NCBI GenBank assembly: GCA_028689495.1 | Contig: JAQTWB010000004.1 | Location: forward strand, 2,463-66,462 | DNA length: 64,000 nucleotides | Source: a bacterium | Lineage (GTDB): Bacteria > Bdellovibrionota_C > UBA2361 > SZUA-149 > JAQTWB01 | Direction of reading: 5' to 3' | The notes under the pieces: model-generated | Database searches by the model: none | The model's input: only the letters and a program-made list of their open reading frames with translations | What the model was told of the DNA's origin: nothing | In this document: one piece after another, positions 8,884-17,990 of the stretch | Numbering within the stretch: the stretch's first letter is position 1 | Layout of the letters: every line of letters starts with the position of its first letter | Made by a program: the position numbers and the translations under genes

Positions 8884-11127
8884 TTGAGAGCTCAAGATTC
8901 GGAGATGAAATTGCCGATAGTTCAAACAACTATGAGCAAAGCAGACCCTCCAGTTCAGTCAAACAATCACGGACTAAATAGTCTATTGGAACAATTGCGA
9001 GCTGTGGTTCATATCTCACATGATGAAAAGGGTATTTACCAGGTCTGCACTGAACTGGTTTTGCACCTGGCGGAAGTTGAAAGTTGTTGCATCTTTCTAA
9101 TTCGAGAACACGATCGTTCTAAGAAAAATCTGACCCTTGTTGCACAAAGCGGTAAGGAGCCAATTGCCAGACCAATCAACTTACATTTCGGAATCAAGAA
9201 TTCCGAAGAAATCAGCCTGACAGGAGAAAATAGTTCTTTAAAATATTTCCACAAGCCGATTGAGCAGAACGGTGAAATTGTAGGCTATCTATCCATATCC
9301 TGCTTTGTGGTACCAGCTGTAGAAAGTCAGCTTTTCCTTGATGAAGCGACACGTCATCTATCAAACATTTATAAACAAGAAGAAATACAGTCCCAACTAC
9401 GAAATTACGCTGAACGTCTGGAGGCAGTAACGAGTATTCAGCGTTTAATTCTCCAGGAAGCAAGTATCCAGAGAATTTCGACTGCTCTTGCCCGAGAAAC
9501 TGCTTTTCGCTTGTCTGCGGATATAACTCTTATCTTGTTAAGAGAAGATAGCAATGAATATGTCAAAGTAACTGGAGTATATGGCATACCGACTTCGCGA
9601 TTACCTAAACGCATTTCGCGAGTAAACACCCTTCCTGGTAAAGCTCTACGACTCGGGGGCATTATGTCAGTGCCACAGTTAAGCAGTCGTCAGCACCATG
9701 GGCTGGACTGCCTGTCTGAATTCAAAATCAACTGTGTACACCTGTGTTCAATCGATATTGGAGATAATGCACTAGGCTTGATAATTACCGGATATAGACG
9801 AGAGCGCTTACTTGATCCGATGCAAACCTCCTTGATTCAGGATATTGCACAAAGTGCAAGCGTTGCGATTGCTTCTGCCCAGAAGCAAGAACGACTAACT
9901 CTTTATGCTAATCGATTGCAAGACCTTGTTGATGAGCGTACCGAACAATTACAATTCCAAACTGCTCGGGCCGAAGAAGCTAACCAAGCTAAAAGTCGTT
10001 TTGTGGCCAACATGAGTCATGAACTTCGCACTCCACTGACCGCAGTTATTGGATATGCAAGTGTGCTGGCCGATGGAGTATTTGGCGCGATTAACGAAAA
10101 ACAAATCGAAGCACTTCAGTCAATATCCAAATCTGGTGAGCATCTCAAGCAGCTCATTGATGAAGTTTTAAATCTTTCCCGAATTGAAGCAGGAAAAGAA
10201 GATCCTGAACCGAGTCGTATCGAACTATTTCCACTGATTAAGCAGATATATAAACTGATGCTTCAATCTGCAGTCAGTAAGGAAATAAAACTGTCTTCTA
10301 CTACTCCAACAGACAAATATGAATCTCTTCAGTTGTATGTCGATCCACGTCATATTCGCCAAATTTTAATTAATCTCGTCTCCAATGCCATAAAATACAC
10401 TGAACCAGGTGGCACGGTCGTCCTTTATGCCGAGATCATTGGTGATATGGCAAAAATATGTGTCAAAGACAGTGGTGTGGGGATTCCGGAATCTGTGTTA
10501 CCCAAATTATTCGAGCGGTACGAACGAGGGGAAAATGAGTATAGCCTGGCTCAAACAGGAACAGGCATCGGTTTGGCGTTAACCAAACATCTGGTTGAAA
10601 TAAACGGTGGGCAAATTGGCGCATATAGCCAGTTTGGTGAGGGTTCAGAGTTCTGGGTCCTGGTTCCGCTTATCGACTCATCGCTAGTAACAGTGAGCTC
10701 CGATGAAGACCATGGCCAACATATTTCATCCGACGCAATTTCCGGGCTAAATGTCCTGATTGTCGATGACAACCAAACCACTTGTGAGGTTCTTTCAACT
10801 ATCGTTACTCGTGCCGGAGCGACCGCATTAAGTGCTAACACAGTTCAAGCCGCAAGAACTATTCTCCGAGAGAACTCGGTCGATATCTGCCTTATTGATT
10901 TGGCGATCCCGCACGAAAGTGGGCTCGAACTTATCAAGTATATTCGTGGTTCGGAACATTCGGGAATTGGGAAAATTCCGCTGATTGTCGTCAGCGCCTG
11001 TGTCTTCAACAACGATAAAGAAGCATCGCTTATTGCAGGAGCAGATTTTTTTATTGCCAAGCCGTTTCAGACACATGAAATAATCTCGGCTATTCGACAC
11101 TACACAACAATGACAGCGCTAAACTAG
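8884..11127 (+). CDS. hybrid sensor histidine kinase (GAF-GAF-HisKA-HATPase_c-receiver)
   Basis: H-box FVANMSHELRTPLTAVIGY. N and G boxes (NLVSNAIKYT, DSGVGIP, GTGIGLAL). C-terminal receiver (NVLIVDDNQTT...DICLIDLAIP...KPF). The start is uncertain: TTG 8884, ATG 8905 or ATG 8932. Confidence 0.85.
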   Translation: MRAQDSEMKLPIVQTTMSKADPPVQSNNHGLNSLLEQLRAVVHISHDEKGIYQVCTELVLHLAEVESCCIFLIREHDRSKKNLTLVAQSGKEPIARPINLHFGIKNSEEISLTGENSSLKYFHKPIEQNGEIVGYLSISCFVVPAVESQLFLDEATRHLSNIYKQEEIQSQLRNYAERLEAVTSIQRLILQEASIQRISTALARETAFRLSADITLILLREDSNEYVKVTGVYGIPTSRLPKRISRVNTLPGKALRLGGIMSVPQLSSRQHHGLDCLSEFKINCVHLCSIDIGDNALGLIITGYRRERLLDPMQTSLIQDIAQSASVAIASAQKQERLTLYANRLQDLVDERTEQLQFQTARAEEANQAKSRFVANMSHELRTPLTAVIGYASVLADGVFGAINEKQIEALQSISKSGEHLKQLIDEVLNLSRIEAGKEDPEPSRIELFPLIKQIYKLMLQSAVSKEIKLSSTTPTDKYESLQLYVDPRHIRQILINLVSNAIKYTEPGGTVVLYAEIIGDMAKICVKDSGVGIPESVLPKLFERYERGENEYSLAQTGTGIGLALTKHLVEINGGQIGAYSQFGEGSEFWVLVPLIDSSLVTVSSDEDHGQHISSDAISGLNVLIVDDNQTTCEVLSTIVTRAGATALSANTVQAARTILRENSVDICLIDLAIPHESGLELIKYIRGSEHSGIGKIPLIVVSACVFNNDKEASLIAGADFFIAKPFQTHEIISAIRHYTTMTALN

Positions 11128-11136
11128 GTCCAGGTT

Positions 11137-12615
11137 ATGAAAAATAACATAGATGGTATTGATGAAAGTAAAATATCGGACAGCTTGAAAGATGTTTCTC
11201 AGGCATCTGATGTGCTCAAACGTCTTGCGCAGGCGCTAAAAAACGATGGCGACTTTCCGGTCAGAGCAAAAACAGTTGCCGATCTACAAAGATTGGCTGA
11301 CGATCCTAATAGTAGCATTAAGCAAATAAGCGATGTCATACTTCGTGAGCCTTCACTTGGCACACGAGTATTGCATTTGGTAAATAGTGCTTTTTATGCA
11401 AGACCTGAACCTGTTGTTACTATCACCCAGGCTGTAATCCAACTTGGCATCAAGGCAATAACCCAACTATGCGCTGGTCTCATCTTAATGCAACAGTTCA
11501 CCAGGACTGCTGAACGCGGAAGAGTTTTTGGTGACAACTTAAAACGAAGTATTCTAACATCCCTGATTACACGCAAATTAGTGCATAACCCCAGCGGGAG
11601 TGGTAACGCTGAAAAAGGCTTTCTCGCCGGTGCTTTTTATAATCTCGGTTATTTGCTTTTGTCATATTATTTCCCCCAAATTTATGAAGCTGCAGCCAAA
11701 AGAGCCAGAGCGCGTGGATTGGGCACTTTACAGAGTCTAAGTGAATTGCTTGGAGTTTCCAGAGAAGAATTGACAACAGCTGTTCTATCTGGGCTCGAGA
11801 TCCCCGAATACTACCAAGAAGTTCTCAGGCTATCTTTGAAAAGGATCTCGGAAATTGAGTGTGATGAGGAAACACGCAATCTAATAGTTTCTCTTAAAAC
11901 AGCCTCGGCAATAAGCGAAATTATTGTCGATCATGAGTCAAGGCAACAACTCCATAACGTAATATCGAGTCTCGCGGATTCTGCTGGAATTTCCAGAGAG
12001 CACCTTTACGGAATTATTCGCGAGCTTCCTGCGTATTTTCAAGATCACTGTAAGTTTATTGAAATGAACTCTCTCGTAATCCCTGAATATCTCAAAGAAA
12101 TTGGGACACCTGAATTCCCAACCCAAAACAATTCATTTGATGTAAGCAATGTCGCTATTCACGGTGTATTTTCAGAAGCGCTGGCCAACCTTCGTCAGGC
12201 AGCTGAGAATAACGAACCGCGTTCAAGCCTATTGGCAATGGTAATGGAAACACTCGCTTACGATCTCGATTTTGACAGAGTTTTTTTGCTGGTTCTTAAC
12301 CAGGAGTTAAATCAATTGGAAGGGAGAATGGCGGTAGGGCTAAATAATGAAATTGATCCGGCCTCCCTTTCTGTTCAAAGAGATGATGACAATCCCTTAT
12401 TCGAAGCACTTGATATGGAACTTCCAGCGATAATTGGCACTCCTCTATTGTCTGATGGATGGCCTTTTATTGTTATTCCGATTTGCTCAAGTCCTCGTAA
12501 TTATGGGGTTATTTATGCAGATTCGATTGAATCCCGGGTTGAAAAACGAGTTATTGACGATCGATTGCTCGCTGGATTTGGCTTAATAACAAATTTACTG
12601 CGAATAAAAAGCTAA
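11137..12615 (+). CDS. HDOD-domain signalling protein with C-terminal GAF-like domain
   Basis: HDOD-type N-terminal half (PVRAKTVADLQRLADDPNSSIKQISDVILREPSLGTRVLHLVNSAFYA). The C-terminal ~150 aa resemble GAF (DFDRVFLLVLN...GVIYAD). It starts 10 nt after the kinase stop. Confidence 0.75.
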   Translation: MKNNIDGIDESKISDSLKDVSQASDVLKRLAQALKNDGDFPVRAKTVADLQRLADDPNSSIKQISDVILREPSLGTRVLHLVNSAFYARPEPVVTITQAVIQLGIKAITQLCAGLILMQQFTRTAERGRVFGDNLKRSILTSLITRKLVHNPSGSGNAEKGFLAGAFYNLGYLLLSYYFPQIYEAAAKRARARGLGTLQSLSELLGVSREELTTAVLSGLEIPEYYQEVLRLSLKRISEIECDEETRNLIVSLKTASAISEIIVDHESRQQLHNVISSLADSAGISREHLYGIIRELPAYFQDHCKFIEMNSLVIPEYLKEIGTPEFPTQNNSFDVSNVAIHGVFSEALANLRQAAENNEPRSSLLAMVMETLAYDLDFDRVFLLVLNQELNQLEGRMAVGLNNEIDPASLSVQRDDDNPLFEALDMELPAIIGTPLLSDGWPFIVIPICSSPRNYGVIYADSIESRVEKRVIDDRLLAGFGLITNLLRIKS

Positions 12616-12736
12616 ACCTGAATTATCACATCACGATTAGATTAACTGCGACAGTCCCATTAAGACTTTTTGAATTTATGTCGAATCAGTCAGTATCGAA
12701 GTAAGAGGACAGAACCTATTGAGGGAGTTTGTAAAA

Positions 12737-13123
12737 ATGTCAGCCCAGAAAACTATTTTGTCAGTAGATGACGATCCTATGATCAGAAACCTCGTAAGGG
12801 TGATTCTCGAAGCTGAGGGGTATGAGGTTGTATCGGCAACAGATGGCACGGAAGCGGTAAAACTACTGGAGGTAGAATCAGCGGCTGACCTGTACAATTG
12901 CGTCGTTCTCGACATACAAATGCCTGGGATGAACGGCTTTGATGTGCTCACCAGAATGAAACTTCATGCCCACTCACAAAATATTCCAGTAATCATGTTG
13001 ACATGTCAGTCGTCCACCGAAGATTTTATGAGCGGTTATCAATATGGGGCCGATTACTATATAACCAAGCCTTTTACCCGGGAACAACTGCTCTATGGTA
13101 TTAAGCTCGTATGCCCGTCTTGA
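12737..13123 (+). CDS. single-domain response regulator (CheY-like receiver)
   Basis: MSAQKTILSVDDDPMIRNL...VVLDIQMPGMNGFDVL...ITKPF. The start is set at ATG 12737, preceded by GAGGGAG. The ORF track starts at TTG 12719. Confidence 0.85.
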   Translation: MSAQKTILSVDDDPMIRNLVRVILEAEGYEVVSATDGTEAVKLLEVESAADLYNCVVLDIQMPGMNGFDVLTRMKLHAHSQNIPVIMLTCQSSTEDFMSGYQYGADYYITKPFTREQLLYGIKLVCPS

Positions 13124-13440
13124 ATATATTCTGATAAGCGGTATATAAGACAGAAGCTGCTGTCGTGTGTGAAAGGAAGTCTTCAAATTGTTTGATAACC
13201 TTACCTCACATGCCGTTTCAGGCAACATCCATTTAAATGTTTGGCGACCTGCCTATATTTGATCCTATGTGTGATTTTTGGCCCGGGCGCAGATAAAAAA
13301 TAGTCTGGATGTAGTATGTAAGACTGCGGTGCACATTAGGAAAAATTTTCAGGCCGGATTTGATTAAGCTCCCCCCAGCTAACTGGTCTGGTCAGCATTT
13401 GAACCGTTCAATTCAATCTCTATATTGTTAGCGAAAACCT

Positions 13441-14067
13441 GTGTTTGAGATATCCAATCTAATCGAAATTCTCAGTCACAACGATGGCTTCTATTTGCAC
13501 ATAGCGGTGTTTTCGATGCTGATACTCGGAGGAATGGGGTTTCCTTTCCCTGAAGACCTTCCATTACTCATTTCAGGCATCTCGGCCAACAAAGGCATTG
13601 TGGCGGTTCCGGCAATTATGCTGAACTGTTACCTTGGAGTGCTCATTGGTGATCAGATCATTTACGGACTTGGTTTTTTTTTCGGCAAACGTCTGGTCGC
13701 CCCAGCAAAAAAAATTCCGTTTTTACCCCAGATAACCTCTGAAAAGGCGGAACAGGTTCGTTCGGAGTGGTTAAAAAGAAAGCTGCTGCTTGTATTTCTT
13801 GCCAGACATCTTTTCCCACTCCGTGCAGCTACATATCTGACTGCAGGTATCGTTCGCATACCCTTCTGGGAGTTCCTGTTTGCCGATGCAATTGCCGCAG
13901 TCGTTAGCGTTATTATTATGTTTTCAATCGGTTATTTCATTGGTGAGAGACTAACCCCTGCTGTACTTGAACACCTGATCCACGAAGCTCATTTCTATAT
14001 CATTGTCGGGACTGTCCTTGTCTCATTAGTGTTAGCCTGGCGTTACCGGAGAAAAAGGAGAAAATAA
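13441..14067 (+). CDS. DedA-family (SNARE-associated/VTT) membrane protein
   Basis: GMGFPFPEDLPLLISG motif with multiple TM helices. GTG start. Confidence 0.75.
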   Translation: MFEISNLIEILSHNDGFYLHIAVFSMLILGGMGFPFPEDLPLLISGISANKGIVAVPAIMLNCYLGVLIGDQIIYGLGFFFGKRLVAPAKKIPFLPQITSEKAEQVRSEWLKRKLLLVFLARHLFPLRAATYLTAGIVRIPFWEFLFADAIAAVVSVIIMFSIGYFIGERLTPAVLEHLIHEAHFYIIVGTVLVSLVLAWRYRRKRRK

Positions 14068-14174
14068 ATTATACCGTCTCAAAAGACTCGGTTGAACGGT
14101 AAGACAGTGGGGGATTACTGACACCATAAAATCAAATCAGTTAGACTAATTTTAGAAACGCTATCAGAGAGCGT

Positions 14175-14543
14175 CTAACAATCCCGATATAACAGCATCC
14201 GCAGCACGGCTAGAGCGAATGCGGTTCGAAAGGTCCACTCATAGACCTCAATGAACCCTTTGGGGAATTTAACAACAATTTCATAAGCACAAGCACTATT
14301 GATACCGGCGTGACAAATCAGACCCTGCCTGGCTTCAATTTGAGCGATAAGCTGTTCAATACGTGGAAGCCACAGATAGGCCGAACGTAGCACATGGGGA
14401 TTCAAATCGTGATTGGCATTAATCACAGAGACATGACTCATATCGTCACGCAGCACCACCTCGTCTCCTAACCGAGGTTGCCAGATGAGACCAACATCTT
14501 CGAGTTCCTTGGATAGATTTATCAACCCTTCTGTCATAGCCAC
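14175..14543 (-). CDS. hypothetical cytoplasmic protein (122 aa)
   Basis: ORF only; no recognisable motif. It is preceded by a 314-nt leader or intergenic region that carries one copy each of repeat families A and B. Confidence 0.45.
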   Translation of the reverse strand: MAMTEGLINLSKELEDVGLIWQPRLGDEVVLRDDMSHVSVINANHDLNPHVLRSAYLWLPRIEQLIAQIEARQGLICHAGINSACAYEIVVKFPKGFIEVYEWTFRTAFALAVLRMLLYRDC

Positions 14544-14672
14544 GCCCCCCAGAAACCTATCAACAGGCTTTCATCTAACGTTCCGACAATCCCTTACCCT
14601 TCTCAAGTCGGACACATTCCTCTAAACCTTTAGATATATAGTCATCGCCTTTTGATTTTCCTTTTATTTTAA

Positions 14673-14763
14673 GCTGCGGAGCAGCGACAAGATAACCAGT
14701 ATACCCCTCCGGCTCACGTTAGTGGCGACTGCATCAGGAAATCTATCGTGGGAGGGGTATATA
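14673..14763. repeat. copy 1 of a 91-nt structured intergenic element (family B)
   Basis: 80 of 91 positions are identical, with no indels, to 29047..29137. It contains the GCTGC-GGA-GCAGC hairpin. It also has a 12-bp helix, GTATACCCCTCC (14699..14710) pairing with GGAGGGGTATAT (14751..14762). Confidence 0.75.
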
Positions 14764-14826
14764 TGTATTCAAAAATAGTCTTAACTTTTGGCTGAAAAAA
14801 CAAAGATTTTCGCCTCTTTATGTAAC
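14758..14826. repeat. copy 3 of the family A intergenic element, abutting family B copy 1
   Basis: GTATATATGTATTCAAAAATAGTCTTAACTTTTGGCTGAAAAAACAAAGATTTTCGCCTCTTT aligns with copies 1 and 2. Its 5-prime TATATA overlaps the 3-prime end of family B copy 1. Confidence 0.6.
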
Positions 14827-14857
14827 TGAAACGTTATAAACCGATACAATTCGAGCA

Positions 14858-17236
14858 TCAGTCCGCGCTCAGCCGGACCATAGCAATATCCAAGCTTACT
14901 TGTCCCAGCCAGGTAACTTGAACATTATAAACCTTAAACTCCGAGTTTTCACATTCGAGAATAACTGGACGATCAAAATCGCTGAGTTCCGCAATATTAA
15001 CAAGACGATGACAACTACGAGAAAGACTTACTTTAACTGCTGGTAAAGTATTATCTAAAGTAGCCTTTATCTCGCGATAGGGACGTATATAAAATTCGGC
15101 TCGTATTTTGCCCGGATCAGTTGGAACAAATTGCCCGAACCAGAGTAACCCTTGTTTATCATGACCCGTTCGGGCTCGTACGAGACGATGAACAGCTCTG
15201 TCTCCTACTTTCAGATTTTCGGAAAGTTCCACTTCAGCGCCTGTTCCTCGTTGGGCAGAATACGCCTCAAGATCAATCGGATGAAGCTTGTTTGGCCGGG
15301 CTAAACGATAAACAGCAGAAGTTAGATGACCGTTGTAATAATTGTCGTACACCCTGGACGCATAGAACAATTCTCGAGCAAATTCTGGCTCGAGCCTTTC
15401 GTGAAAACCAGAAAAAACAAGTAAGTATTCCGCACCCGTTGCCCATGGAGATGATCGGAATCTTAGTAGTGGGGTCTTCTTTTCCAGTAAATCGTAGTTA
15501 AGCGAGGCAACACTGACATCACCGGCAACGTTAACCCAAAGTTCCCTCCCCTCGCGAATGGCTCGCTGATGTAGCCATAATATAGCCTTATCGACGTCAA
15601 CAAAAGCTGAAGTTCTGTTTTTTTGTACGGAGAGCAATGAATTCGCTGCGAGGAAATTAAGGTACCGCCCATGACGTAAACCATTCTTGAATACAGGAGA
15701 AAAATATAAATGTGGCAACAGAAATAATACGCAAAGAACTCCAGGTAATTGCTTCGATATGACGAACCTGGATATCACACTAAAAAATGTTCCCTTATGG
15801 TTGGCATCTCCTTGTTGGCTCTGATTATAAAATAATTCAAACCACCGTCCGGATATAAGGCGCGCGAGACCAACGATACCGAAAGCTCCGATTGAAATAA
15901 GAAAAGGAATAACCGGCATAATGTAGCGAATTGTCTGCTTGCCAGAACTGCTCATCATCACAATCCAACATAGCGGCACAAAAATTGAAAATACCAACCA
16001 TTCAGGTACTCGTTGGTGACAAACAATCTTATGAAGAAAAATAGTCAAGCCAAAAATTAAACCGATGACTATCAACAATGGGGTTTCGGTCGCCAATAAT
16101 GTTAAATAGCCGAGGTGGCCTGAATTGATTACCTCTCCATAAGACTCGTGAGCTACTCCCGGCAACATAAATACCCGAACCCAGTAGCGACAAATATTTT
16201 CTGGAATTGCCGGCCATAACCCTCCTGCTGAAAAAATTACCACGAACATCCAGATAGCGTGAGCAAGTCTGATGCACGTTGATTTTCGTTCACAATTTGG
16301 CCAGTTGTAAAAATACATTCCAGTCAGAAGCAAGCAAATCATCACGCATGCTCCAGTAACACCTGAAGCATGGATATGAGAAAACAATTTATACACCAGG
16401 TCGGCAAGCGGTAAATCAGGAACAATTTCTCTGAAATATATGCTTCTGTGAGACCAAAACCGGGTAAAGACACCAGCAAAAAGCAGTTGCGCAAAAATCA
16501 GGATCCAAATTTCTTCACGGCGCGGTAATAATCGAATCATTCGTGAGGTTTTAGTTTTGCTTACAATTGGTGCATCTCTGTCGGCGACGAATCGGCTCCA
16601 GAGATAAAGAGCTGGAATCAGTCCCAATGAAGTTGGCTTGGTCGCAACAGCCATAGAGAAACACAATCCACTCATCAAAAAGTACTGCACCTTTCTCGAC
16701 AGAACAGCTCGTCGATAAAACATTGCCGTCAACATAACGAGAACTGTCAGGCTTCCATCCAGGTGCGCCATTCGGGAAACAAACGAATGGGCGGGAAAAC
16801 TTAATAACAACACGGAGGCCAATAGAGCCGTTAATAAATCTGTCTCTATATATAAAAACAAAAATAAAATTGGTACGGCGATTGAGCTGAACACGATAAC
16901 CGCGATACGAGCAGAATAAAGATGGTAGAGATAACCCGGATCACCTTCAACCAATCCTCGTTGCATATTGACATGATCACCGAGCCACTCCCCCAGACCC
17001 ATCAGTCCTGCCGGGAATATCCCGGGATGACCCAGGTGACTGGTAGCGTAACTGTAAACTCCGGTTCTTAACGATTCAACAATTTGAAAGGCACGACCAT
17101 GCCAGTGAACTTCATCAGGTTGTGGTTCGAGAGTTGTGATCCCATGGAGCCGTAATAGAACGGTTAGGACAAACAATATGTAAGCAATAAAATATGGAGC
17201 CCTGAATAGTGGCATCAGTAATTCCCTAGCGGACAT
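14858..17236 (-). CDS. GT-C fold glycosyltransferase, ArnT/PMT (GT39/GT83)-like, with a large C-terminal soluble domain
   Basis: It has more than 10 TM helices. The first-loop acidic motif EPQPDEVHWHGRA is typical of ArnT/PMT_2 enzymes. The C-terminal ~270 aa are non-membrane. ATG 17236 overlaps the tlyA stop by 11 nt; the alternative ATG 17215 has AGGGA 7 nt upstream. Confidence 0.7.
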   Translation of the reverse strand: MSARELLMPLFRAPYFIAYILFVLTVLLRLHGITTLEPQPDEVHWHGRAFQIVESLRTGVYSYATSHLGHPGIFPAGLMGLGEWLGDHVNMQRGLVEGDPGYLYHLYSARIAVIVFSSIAVPILFLFLYIETDLLTALLASVLLLSFPAHSFVSRMAHLDGSLTVLVMLTAMFYRRAVLSRKVQYFLMSGLCFSMAVATKPTSLGLIPALYLWSRFVADRDAPIVSKTKTSRMIRLLPRREEIWILIFAQLLFAGVFTRFWSHRSIYFREIVPDLPLADLVYKLFSHIHASGVTGACVMICLLLTGMYFYNWPNCERKSTCIRLAHAIWMFVVIFSAGGLWPAIPENICRYWVRVFMLPGVAHESYGEVINSGHLGYLTLLATETPLLIVIGLIFGLTIFLHKIVCHQRVPEWLVFSIFVPLCWIVMMSSSGKQTIRYIMPVIPFLISIGAFGIVGLARLISGRWFELFYNQSQQGDANHKGTFFSVISRFVISKQLPGVLCVLFLLPHLYFSPVFKNGLRHGRYLNFLAANSLLSVQKNRTSAFVDVDKAILWLHQRAIREGRELWVNVAGDVSVASLNYDLLEKKTPLLRFRSSPWATGAEYLLVFSGFHERLEPEFARELFYASRVYDNYYNGHLTSAVYRLARPNKLHPIDLEAYSAQRGTGAEVELSENLKVGDRAVHRLVRARTGHDKQGLLWFGQFVPTDPGKIRAEFYIRPYREIKATLDNTLPAVKVSLSRSCHRLVNIAELSDFDRPVILECENSEFKVYNVQVTWLGQVSLDIAMVRLSAD

Positions 17237-17960
17237 GGAAGTGAAGAAAATATTCCTGATTACCTTTTTTGCTGCCTGTTAGAGGGGATGGACAATAACC
17301 CCGATATTCAATACCAGCATCAACAGCCTGACTAGCAACAAGTTCAACCGCAAGCATTTGATGCTCCTCATTACGAACGACTCCCCCTTTTTCAATATAC
17401 CGCCGTTCAAGTTCGAATTGCGGTTTCACAAGAATTAACGCATCACTACCGGAAGGTAAAACCAACCATAAAGCAGGCAAAATTTTCCTGACGCTGATAA
17501 AACTAACATCCATCACAGCCAGGTCAGGAAGTTGCGGAAACATCTCGCACTCAAGATAACGGGCGTTGGTTCGTTCCATGACAATAACTCTGGAGTCGTT
17601 ACGTAAACGACTGTGAAGTTGATTCCTGCCACTATCGATAGCATAGACCGTTCCAATACCATTTTGCAGTAAATAGTCAGTAAATCCGCCTGTTGAGGCA
17701 CCAATATCGACAGCGATCCTGTTAGTTATGGCAATTGTAAAATATGAAAACATCGGAGATATTTTTTCTCCGCCACGTCCGACGTAGGAAGAACCCAAAC
17801 CTTGCAGCTGAAGCTCAACATCAGAACGAAGCATGGTCCCTGCTTTGTCAACACGCTGCCCATTAACATAAACATTACCCGACATAACAAGAGCCTGAGC
17901 CTTGTTACGGGTTTCTGCGAGGCCTCGCTCAACAAGGAGCATGTCAAGTCGCAATTTCAT
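17226..17960 (-). CDS. tlyA: TlyA-family 16S/23S rRNA (cytidine-2'-O)-methyltransferase
   Basis: S4-like N-terminus (RLDMLLVERGLAETRNKAQALVMSGNVYVNGQRVDKAG) plus FtsJ-type SAM motif (VDIGASTGGFTDYLLQNG). Confidence 0.85.
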   Translation of the reverse strand: MKLRLDMLLVERGLAETRNKAQALVMSGNVYVNGQRVDKAGTMLRSDVELQLQGLGSSYVGRGGEKISPMFSYFTIAITNRIAVDIGASTGGFTDYLLQNGIGTVYAIDSGRNQLHSRLRNDSRVIVMERTNARYLECEMFPQLPDLAVMDVSFISVRKILPALWLVLPSGSDALILVKPQFELERRYIEKGGVVRNEEHQMLAVELVASQAVDAGIEYRGYCPSPLTGSKKGNQEYFLHFHVR

Positions 17961-17990
17961 TCGCCTGAAGCGATATCACACTGACAAATG

